Shown: piece by piece, positions 50,700-60,721 of the stretch
Layout: each line of letters opens with the position of its first letter
Numbering within the stretch: the stretch's first letter is position 1
From: Basidiobolus meristosporus CBS 931.73
Lineage: Eukaryota > Fungi > Basidiobolomycota
Assembly (NCBI GenBank): GCA_002104905.1
Contig: MCFE01000255.1
Coordinates: 1-64,000, forward strand
Reading direction: 5' to 3'
Length of the DNA: 64,000 bases
The notes under the pieces: generated by a model
Seen by the model: only the letters and a program-made list of their open reading frames with translations
Databases searched by the model: none
What the model was told of the DNA's origin: nothing
Translations under genes and position numbers: made by a program

Positions 50700-52238
50700 T
50701 CAAGATTCCTGGAGTGGCAGGGTTTGTTCAGCCGAGGTGGCTAAGCCGCTAGCGTCCTCTTGGACTCGCTTACTAATCCACTGGTACCATTCCTCTTCGG
50801 TCCTTCCTTGTAGAAAGCCTACGATCACCACCGTCATGTTGTCACAGCCAATGCCACCAAGCTCGCTATCGGGTGCCAGGCAATGATCCATCATGCTTTC
50901 GCATATCTGTGCTAAAGTTTGGTGCTCAGCAATCTTTGCTCGGACAAACGCGACCACTTCTTCTGAACTCATACAATCCCAAATACCTACACAGACAGAA
51001 CCTTGAGCGATGCGACCCTTCAACGAAGGAAATCGAATTACATACCGTCGCAAGCGAGGACAAGGAATTCGTCTTCAGTGGCCAAAGTGTGCTCTGCAAC
51101 GTCAGGATTGGCTACAAAGCGAAGAATTGGCACCGATGTCTTTGATAGCAAGCATACAAACAGGTGCAGTATTACCAGTGACAATTTGATCTTCAGGATT
51201 CAACTTGAGGTTCTGTTTAAATTCGAAATCCCCGATTGCTCGAGACAATGCCAAGTTGCCTGAAATCACAAGCAATTATTTGGTATATATCGATACAAGT
51301 CTTTGCTGATGTCCGGCTTACCATTCACTCGGCCAAACTCAACAAAGCCACCAGCAGCAACGATACGAGAAGATTCCCCTGATACAAGTATGAGCGATAG
51401 TTTCACGCAAATCTAAGCGAGCTTCCCCGCAGTCAAGAGGGTACCTTCGTTTACTGGCTTGTGATCTTCCGACATGGCCTTGGCTTTTCCACCGGCTGAT
51501 AAAACAGCGCGAGAGTCACCGGCGTTTCCCTTTGGACCGGTCAGCTGTACATTCTGCAACTTTGAACAGAGTCACAATAGACTCACTTACAACAAAGATC
51601 CTCTTGTCGGGGGTGATTAGTGCGGTGACTGCGGTGCAACCGGAGGAATCGTGAATAAAATCAGAATCTAAATTTGACAAAGCTTCAACGTCTAAAGTTT
51701 GGTTCCCGGACAATAGGATTAATCCTAACCTCTTTTAAGATCCGAGTCTGCCCCTAGGAAACCATTCTTGATAGCAAGAGCATAGTCACCCTGAAGAAAG
51801 GCCTCATCCTTGATGATTCGTTGATGCAACTGTTCCCCACTATATTTTGCGGCACCACGACCTGCAAGTTACATAGAATAAACGGTGTGAGTGTACAGAA
51901 TGCAACTCTATCTGATATAAGCATACCTCCGTGGCCATCGTATACGCCGAAGAAACTTGTGTCGTTCAGATCTTTGAGCTTCAGTATGGTGGTGTGCGCA
52001 TCTTCCATTGCTGTAGAGTTGTGGGGGTTGGGTTAAGGAAGAAGCTCGCTCTGTGATAGTAAGCTCTAACCAGAAGGCCGCAGCCGGCGCACCTCTACAC
52101 AAATCGCAGAAGTTCCTGTCGAAGCAAAAGGATACTGACTCGCCAACCTTGCATGGCGGAGGCACCACAGATCAACCGCTCATCACCATAGAAGGTCGAA
52201 TGTTTCTCGACAACAGGCTCAGAGAGGGTTTGTCCCAT
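50700..52238 (-). CDS. PTC2: PP2C protein phosphatase, Ptc2/Ptc3 type (multi-exon)
   Basis: [74 protein letters not shown]. Confidence 0.95.
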
Positions 52239-55200
52239 AATATGAAAATTGAAGGGTAATAGACAATAAAGAGCTGTGGCGATACTCTAAAGATTGTAGG
52301 AGGAAGAGGATACTCCAGCTGAGTTGGTCAAAATGGAAATCCAATAAAAAAATCAGGATTTAATAGGACTACTAGATGCACATTCAATACTGGTCCGTGT
52401 TCTCTTTTTACCCCCTAACTCTAGTATATGGTAATATTATCTACACCCCTAGTAGAATATTGTTTGATCCGGAAGGTTGCTTACTGCGAAATTCATTCCC
52501 AATAGCCTTGGCCTTGTAATTTCACAATCAAAGTTGGGCTTTATCTCGTACTATGAGGGCTTTACTCGGAGTTTGGTTTATCTAGTTCGCAATGATGCAC
52601 TGCAGGTACATGTCGCATTGGTGGTAGACATGGCCGAAACCTCCGTTTGTGGTACGTGCAAACCACGTATTGCATCACTCCACCAGTATACACCAGGACT
52701 CTAACTGTACTAGGCTAGCTTGGAACTACCGAGGCCCAGGATGGTCAGAGTTATGTCAATACATAATCAAGAATCATTCTAGCGGGTATGCCCAGTATGG
52801 TTACAAGCTAATACCTATTGCTGTCAAATAAGGTATTTCATAAAGCTTCACAGTCAGAAAGGTCTATAATAAGGCCAGGTGGTACGATTTTTGGAATGTT
52901 ATCTGTATGTTCGCTATTGGATGACTCAGAATCCTTGATTTTCCGCTTCTCATAGGCACCTCCACTTGGCCAAGAATACAATCATCACCTGCAAGTAATC
53001 AAGTCGCCTACGTTAGTGACAGTCAAAACAACGTACAGAACGTAGGAATCCCAACAACTCCAAGTTTGCGGTCGCAATACCTCAACACGTTTAGAACGCA
53101 CTCACCAACGGAAAGTTCTATACAGATTCGACGCCACACCAAATGTAATCATTGGCAGCGTTTGCAAGCAGTAGCTGAGGGAATAGCATAAAAGAAGCCA
53201 GAATAATCCAGAATACCTCTTGCTGAGGTATTCGGCAAAGTTTTTCCAGGCAATTATTCCCGTGATGCTGTTTCAATTTCAGCCCACAAACTAGACCTTC
53301 AGCACCTGGTATTGATGATGAAGTTCTTGGTGATTAGGGTTTGTATAGCACAAACCTTCTTCGGATGCTGGATTGGCTGACTGGAAAGTCTAGTGTGAAA
53401 TGAGTGTTGCAAGCAATCAGTAACACCTTGGAATTTATTTGTTCTAGGCACAGTTAGCTTATTGGATGAGAATCGAACCGCCAACACATTATGATAATTC
53501 CTCTGATAGCCATGCTAAATTGAGGAACACTTAAATGGCTTCAATAGATTGTAGAACATTAGCAAATAGCCGCCATTGCACCAAACTCCTTGCATCTTGA
53601 TTGCATAATTGGCTGGAAGCGATTTGGAATTTTTAGATGTGTCATTTCCTGAATTGCAATAATTCATAAAGCAATGTCTGGACTTGTTGGTTCTCTTTGC
53701 TGTTCTGCCTGTTGCCAGGGGATTTTGGTGCTGCACCTAATTATCATTTGCACATGGCGATTCAACATTTCATCAATTTGTAGGAAATCGATCGCCTGAT
53801 GCCCATGTTCGACATTGGAAAATTTATCAGAAATGTGCAAATCCTGCAAACATTGAAATTCTCCACAAACTACGCCTACATCTTGCCATAACCACAACCT
53901 AACATTATGCATCGTTGTATTCAGCTATCTGAATTTCCACGAAACGTATGGAAATTCATTGGCACCCAGTAAACCTACAAGCAATTGCTCCGAATTACGC
54001 ACAAGCTCCCGCTCATACTACCCTCAGATTACCATAGTCTATATTTACGTTTTCCCTTGAAGAACGCAAGCCTAGGTTGCAAACTTTCCACTTGATGGCC
54101 GTGTTATATTGGGTTTCCTAGGTGTCGCTGAGTCCCGCATTTGGGAGGGTCTATTTGCTCAAGGCTTGCTAAGCCATGCTCTTTCACCACACTAGACAAT
54201 GGTCAAACTTTGTAGTAGCCTAATCCTGGCCCTACTCATGGAATGCATAGGAAAGAAATCACTTTCTTATTTACTGCACCACCACTTCTAGGGCACCTTT
54301 TTCACTTCGTGTATACAGCAGAAAATAGTTCACCTGCTACTCTACAAGAGCAAGTGGATTGTCAAATACTCATATAGATGTAAGGAAATAATCTAGTATA
54401 GTTCAGTATAGCTCCAGTAAAAAAGGAGGGTCATGTTTTGATTAAGGGGATATTGATTTGGTGAGAGCCTGAAGACTGCACTACAGCTAGGCATTATGGG
54501 CAACTATGTATGTAAATCATTGCTAGTGAAGCCAGTACAATTGGCTATATCCGAAACTGCTCGTGCGAACCTATCAGAGAGACTGCAGCAGTAATAGTTG
54601 GGAGTAGACTATCAGCGACTTTTCCATACAATCATGTTTCTGGTGCCTTCTTGAAAGTGTACGATCAACTAGATGAATAGGCTCATCGCCATATAAGTGA
54701 TAATAACATCATTTGTGTAGCCACGTACCAACACAGCTCATAACATCATCCCAAACAACTATCTTGATTTTAATTCTGGCGATTTTTTCAACCAAACTGC
54801 AGGATGGCTCTCTTCATACGCATCAGAGAGTGGTGTAGATTTGAGGCACACCACTCCGTCATGGCATATATATTCTAACGTGGCTCAAAGTGGTCGCTCT
54901 CCGTGGTGACAGAGTTAAGGGCCGCGCTCCCAGCATTGCGTCTTGACCGGTCGATTGAAAACCATATCCTGCTACTAAGAGGGATTTCTATATCCGGTGG
55001 GGCCCATTGGGTTATCACAAGATTTGTAATCCACTACTGTTTGAGAAACCCAATATGGCACAGTCATTGCTGTAGGGCCGGAGATTTGATGGTTGCCAGG
55101 TAATTGCGGCAGGTCGAGGAGCTGGATTGATGTAAGGCTAGGATCTCACGACGCAATGATGCAAGGCTCTGGCCATCAGCATGCTTTCTGTTGGGGTTGC

Positions 55201-56260
55201 CCACTTCTGTGGTGCATTTTCGCCCAGGAAAACGCGACGACAACCTCATGATGGCAAAACAGGGGAGGGAGCCCGCTTCATCGTTGTCAATGGAAGAGTG
55301 CTTCATTCCCCACAAATGGCTGGATCCAAGACGCCCCAACCTGTATACATGCCGCTTACCAATAGTCAGCTACGGATAGCAGTCACTTGTGCTTATACTT
55401 GCACCCCAGCAGCAAGGACGCCTTGTGTTTCATCAACATCACGGTTGGACGGCATCTGTCTGAGGAGTAGAGGCACAGTCTGTTGCATCCATTCGTACCT
55501 GACTCGTGCGTACAACTCCCTGACAGCGGGTGACAGATGTGGGCCGCTCAAGGAACCATTTCTTAAGCGTGGTGATCCAGTGCTCAAATCCGTTATCAGC
55601 GCACTCAGATTCGGATTGCCGGTCATATATGGATATATGGTTTTGAAATTCAATCCAATTCGAGAAACCTATGAGCAGCCAGGGTTGTCGTACACGTATT
55701 ATTTAAATCTGTCGGGCCCCGCCGATTTTTTTGATTGGCTACCTTCGGACAAACAAATCCTGGCCTCGTATGACGTAAGTGCCGGGCAGGCACCTATCCG
55801 CTTGATTTAGGAGCACCCCAGCGAATTGCAAGTATCAGACGGATGCTGAGTTCAGAAAGAAAAGGCTCAGCAGTGGGACTGCAGAACACAGGAGTAACCC
55901 AAGGTGCCGTTATTGCAGTTGTCAAGCATCGATGTATAGCTGATCAGCTCGATAGGAGTCGGGTGGCATGAGGTTTCGATAGCCACAAACCCATTCGCCA
56001 ATCACGGGTCAGTTGACCACTAGCGAATGCTGAGACGAGATCATTGGTGCACGATAGTAGCCAAATAAGGGCATTCATTTTCCTCCTATTCATGTTGAGC
56101 CTGGATTCACTGGCATAAATAGACGGGGCTGCCGGTATCCTTCCGCACATATTTTTGCCCATTACATCCACCACCGCTGATTGCTATTCACTGCGCAGAC
56201 CCCTTACGCAGCGCCATCCAATAACTCCATCCTCGCACCGAACTTTGCCCTCTAAATAAG

Positions 56261-57508
56261 ATGTCCAGCTCCAACGCCGGTAAATGCCCTTACAGTGGAC
56301 ACTCCAAACCCGCCGCTGATTCCAGCGAGGCCTCCAAATGCCCCCTAGCCGGCAAATGCCCATACTACGACCAGGTGAAGAATGATCCTGCCCACCATTT
56401 GACCTCCGACCACGGAGAGTGCCCAGTCAAGGGGAAATGCCCATACTACGATGTCGTCAAGGAAGGTCACGACAAAGGCGAAGGGAAATGCCCCTTCCTT
56501 GAGCACATGCAGGGCATGAGTTTGAATGAGGCCCACGAAGCCGGAAAGTGCCCTCTCGCCGGTAAATGCCCATATTATGACCAAGTCAAGAAGGATCCCG
56601 CTCATCACTTGACCGGCAGCCATGGCGAGTGTCCCGTAAAGGGCAAATGTCCATACTACGACCAAGTCAAGCAAAAGGAGGGCATGGATACTGCCCATTC
56701 TTCCAAGTGCCCCCTTGCTGGTAAATGCCCATACTACAATCAGGTCAAAAATGATCCTGCACATCACTTGACCGCTGAGCATGGTCAATGCCCAGTGAAA
56801 GGAAAATGCCCGTACTACGACGAGGTCAAGGAGGGTCATGAGGCAGGAGAAGGCAAATGCCCTTTCCTCGAACGCATGCAGGGTATGGGTGTCCATGAGG
56901 CCCATGAGTCCGGCAAATGCCCACTTGCTGGAAAGTGCCCATACTACGATCAGGTTAAGAAGGATCCCGCCCATCATTTAGCCGGGGAGCACGGCGAGTG
57001 CCCAGTCAAAGGAAAGTGCCCCTACTACGATCAGGTTAAGCAAAAGAGCGTTTCTGAGGCCGAGCACAAATCGAAGTGCCCTCTTGCTGGAAAATGCCCT
57101 TACTACGACCAAGTGAAGCAGGATCCTTCTCACCACTTGACTGGCGAACACGGAGAGTGTCCTGTCAAGGGCAAGTGTCCGTACTACGATGTTGTTAAGG
57201 AGGGTCATCATACGGGGGAAGGAAAATGTCCTTTTGTTGAACACATGAAGGGTCATGGAAGTGGCGAAGCGCATGAGGCTGGAAAGTGCCCACTAGCTGG
57301 CAAGTGCCCCTACTACGACCAAGTCAAGAGTGACCCTTCACACCATCTCACCGGGGAGCATGGTGAATGCCCAGTCAAGGGTAAATGCCCATACTACGAT
57401 GAAGTCAAGGAAAAGAGCACAGCTGAGGAAAGTTCATCAGCCCTACCCGAGGGCCATCCTCCAGTACCTGGTAGTACGACCGGAGGCAAGTGCCCATTTT
57501 CCAAGTGA
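56261..57508 (+). CDS. Intronless Cys-Pro/His-rich tandem-repeat protein (29 CP motifs), candidate heme- or metal-binding protein
   Basis: 415-aa ORF with six copies of KCPLAGKCPYYxxVKxDPxHHLxxxHGxCPVKGKCPYY in three 123-aa higher-order blocks. Amino acids are near-invariant while codons differ synonymously. Confidence 0.9.
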   Translation: MSSSNAGKCPYSGHSKPAADSSEASKCPLAGKCPYYDQVKNDPAHHLTSDHGECPVKGKCPYYDVVKEGHDKGEGKCPFLEHMQGMSLNEAHEAGKCPLAGKCPYYDQVKKDPAHHLTGSHGECPVKGKCPYYDQVKQKEGMDTAHSSKCPLAGKCPYYNQVKNDPAHHLTAEHGQCPVKGKCPYYDEVKEGHEAGEGKCPFLERMQGMGVHEAHESGKCPLAGKCPYYDQVKKDPAHHLAGEHGECPVKGKCPYYDQVKQKSVSEAEHKSKCPLAGKCPYYDQVKQDPSHHLTGEHGECPVKGKCPYYDVVKEGHHTGEGKCPFVEHMKGHGSGEAHEAGKCPLAGKCPYYDQVKSDPSHHLTGEHGECPVKGKCPYYDEVKEKSTAEESSSALPEGHPPVPGSTTGGKCPFSK

Positions 57509-58405
57509 GTCCAGGTGTCGGGGATTCTGAAATTTATATATAAATGTATACCTACGAGCCATATGATCCCCCTACCCGCTTTGGGGATTGCTTGTGTGAA
57601 AAGAATGCCACCCACAGTAGTAGAATTTGTTAAATAAAGTAAATCCATCCACGACGTTTATTACATCACTACCACTGTCAGCATCATCATTCATTCCTAC
57701 ACTCGCACCGTCATCACGCTTGAGCCTAGTCAATGCTGACTTGGGCACTTTTAATTGCTCTTTGAATGTCCTCAATGAATCATGCTAATTGAGGTCAGTT
57801 TAACAGTCGGCCATACCCAATGCACTTGTGCTAGATATCAAGTCGACCAATCCCCATTCTCCCACTAAGCTTGGGGCCTCGTGGGATTTGCTAGAAACAT
57901 CGAGTCACTTCCAGTAGTTTCGTAAATTCGAAAAGCCACTGCGTATTGGAAATTCCAAGATTGGATCTTCCCTGAACGGTTTTGCAGGACGCACCACTTC
58001 TCAATGCCATCTCGTGGTCGAATTCCACTTCACTTTGAAGAATGCCGCTAGCTATCCTGTATATACCACCCAGGGATGGTATATTGTTGTAAATCTTTGA
58101 GACATTGGAAGCTACTGGGAGATCCTGTAGATCATGTGATTTTCACTTCACAACTGACTGAATGTAAAAGTGGCATCTCTACCTTTACTAGGTTTTGGCA
58201 AAGCAAACACATAATATATGCTCAGGGAGGTCTCAAGAACACATGTGCAAAACCTGGGGGCCTTTGAATTATTATGGGAACTGTCATGCTCTATACTTGG
58301 TATTTCTGGTAGTAACTCTATAAGTAAATCCCATTATGGGTAGAGCATTGTAAAGCTTGTATACTTTGCTCCAGGTGGGAAAAGCAATGGAATACTTAGG
58401 CTTAG

Positions 58406-58704
58406 TGTTGTGCATCAACATTTAAAACTTAGCCAATTTTACTCCATTAGAAAATCTAGTACCCTAACCAATTTTCCCTAACCCAAACATAACTAATCCT
58501 AGTTATGGTTTATTTTATCACTTCTCAGAGTCTATTTTTAGCTGTCACACCTGATCAATTTTCATGAGTTCATTACATCCTCAACTGATCAGCTAAGCCT
58601 TTCCAAGTGATTAGCCATCTGAGATCCATCCAACCACTTAGCAGTTGCCAAGACATCAGCTGATTGATGATGCAATTTTCATTTATCTTATATGCCTATC
58701 AACA
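58406..58704 (+). repeat. Dispersed repeat family 2 (probable LTR, TGTTG...CAACA)
   Basis: Inverted match to 760-1030. No matching target-site duplication seen (CTTAG vs TCCAA). Confidence 0.72.
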
Positions 58705-59288
58705 TCCAAACTGATTTCAATTAGTCCAGTTTCTTGGCACTCTCTAATTCAACTTGATCAGAAAAGTATAAATAAAGCTTATTGAACCTTTTGGTTTAGT
58801 GTGCATCTCAACAAAATTAAGAATTCAGCAATTCCATTCTAGTTTCCACCCTAGTCTAGCATATCTAAGCACTCCTAAGTACACCAAGCCTATCATGCAT
58901 AGCAAACCAATTCTGTTGCCTTTATAGCCAAATCCAGCTATATATAACACCAATACTGGGCCAGAATCTCTCTGCTAATATTTCCGCCACTCTCTGACAA
59001 TCCTGAGATTCTGCACTTTATTGTCCCTTTGATTCAGTTAAACCATTCAAGAGCTTTATTACACCATTCTCTTGGATACAACACTTAGTTAATAAGAGTA
59101 TTTGGTCAAGTGGTAGTGCTGCAGACCTTATATTAACACCTATGCTGTACAAAGTATCTCTGGCAATCCACAAGAAGGCCACCACAAAATCCAGGTTCTA
59201 TGGCAATACAGAGCTGATGTATCTAAGAAGCCAATGCAATGCTGTTGAAGGAAAGCACACCTTAAATATTCAATAAATCAGTTCATGT

Positions 59289-59636
59289 TGTTGTAAAAAT
59301 TTGTAATTTCACCTCAATATTCACATCACTTAGTCACTTGGATCATTACCTACAAATCTTAGAGAATACTGACCAAATTCCTTGTTGGGATTTACTTGGA
59401 ATATTTTCACCAGACTATCAGGTACCCAGAACATGAAAATTCTCAAAGCTGTCCAAACAGCCCCAAACTTTGCACACATGCTCTTGGGACCTTCCTAAAC
59501 TTTTTATACATATTTGCTCTGCTAAGACCATGTAAAAGTATAATTTCTACTTTTACATTCAATCAATCATTAAGTGAAACCACATGATCTACTTGTTCTC
59601 CCCATCACTTCTAATATCTCCAAGACTGCTACTGCA
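59289..59636 (+). repeat. 5' LTR of copia family 1 (348 bp)
   Basis: Starts TGTTGTAAAAAT, ends ...ACTGCA immediately before the PBS, and aligns with the other three LTR copies. Confidence 0.88.
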
Positions 59637-59648
59637 GGTTATGAGCCC
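59637..59648 (+). promoter_or_regulatory. Primer binding site GGTTATGAGCCC (Ty5/copia half-tRNAiMet type)
   Basis: Directly follows the LTR-terminal CA and matches the recalled Ty5/Drosophila copia PBS GGTTATG(A/G)GCCC. Confidence 0.75.
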
Positions 59649-60372
59649 CAAGTTGCCATTCTCTGCAATGCTTACTACTGCTATTACTGGAATTTCCCCT
59701 CTGCTGAAAAGTTGGATGGATCTAACTACCCAGTGTGGCTGGTGAAGATGAAGATGCTGCTGCAAGAAAGAGGCCTTTAGGATGTTGTCATAGGAGAAGA
59801 ATGCCCTTGTAAAAATGTGGGAGAGGAAGCCTTAGAGTACCAGAAGAAAGTACAATGAGCCTTTAACTGCATTTGCTTGAATGTCAAAGACAAATTACAA
59901 ATTCAATGCTCAAGAGTAAATACCACATAGAATGCCTGGAAGGCATTAAAAGACACATAATAGTCATGTGCAGCTGCTAAGAAAATGTGTATTTGCCAAA
60001 GATTCCTTATTACAAAGATGCTGCCAGGAGAAGAAATGAAAAATATAATAAACAGAATTACCCTGCTGGTGGGTGAGATGGAATCTGTAGGTGTACCAAC
60101 TACTGATGAGGATGTTACAGTTACCATCCTGAATTGCCTGACAGATATGTTTCAGGGCCTTGTATCAGCCCTAGAGCTCAGAACTGAAGATTGACTTTAA
60201 AATACGTATATGGAAGGCTCCTGGATGAGAATTAAGATAATCATGCACCAAAAAGAAGGAATAAGAAAAAGCTTTAATAAGCAGTGATAACCAACAAAGG
60301 AGATACTCAAGACCCTTTGAAGGCAACAGCAATCTGCTTTGCAATTGCTGCAAAAGGAAAGGACGCACATTA

Positions 60373-60721
60373 CGTTGTAAGAGTCTTGGAGATATTGGAT
60401 GTGATTGGGAGAACAAGTAGATTATGTGGTTTTCACTTAATGATTTATTGAATGTAAAAGTAGTATTTATACTTTTACCTGGTCTTGGCATTACAAACAC
60501 CTAGAATAGGTCAAGGAAGGTCCCAAGAACATGTATGCAAAGTTTGGGGTTGTTTGGACAACTTTGAGAATCTTCATGTTCTGGGTACCTGGTATTTTGG
60601 TGAAAATATTCTAAGTAAATCCCAACAAGGAATTTGGTCAGTATTCTCTAGAATTTGAAGGTGATGATCTAAGTGACTAAGTTAGGTGAATATTTAGGTG
60701 GAAATACAAATTTTTACGACA
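60373..60721 (-). mobile_element. Antisense solo LTR of copia family 1 with 5-bp TSD, inserted in gag
   Basis: 349-bp reverse-complement LTR flanked by CATTA at 60368-60372 and 60722-60726. Confidence 0.92.

Noticed and set aside
53299-54000. Broken minus-strand frames suggestive of a KDZ or other transposase
   Set aside because: No diagnostic motif could be matched.
55800-56260. Iron-regulatory (GATA/CCAAT) sites upstream of the Cys-Pro gene
   Set aside because: Only an isolated CCAAT and partial GATA words, expected by chance.
56345-57274. Hydrophobic repeated minus-strand ORFs (210 and 98 aa)
   Set aside because: Mirror of the Cys-Pro repeat gene. The sense frame is the one conserved at synonymous sites.
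56261-57508. CRISPR-like or satellite interpretation of the tandem repeats
   Set aside because: The repeats are in frame, degenerate at third codon positions and lack unique spacers, and the context is eukaryotic.
57790-58035. Possible hAT transposase relic (VKWNST-x-EM resembling TRWNSTYxM)
   Set aside because: Needs a frameshift inside the motif. No TIRs or other motifs seen.
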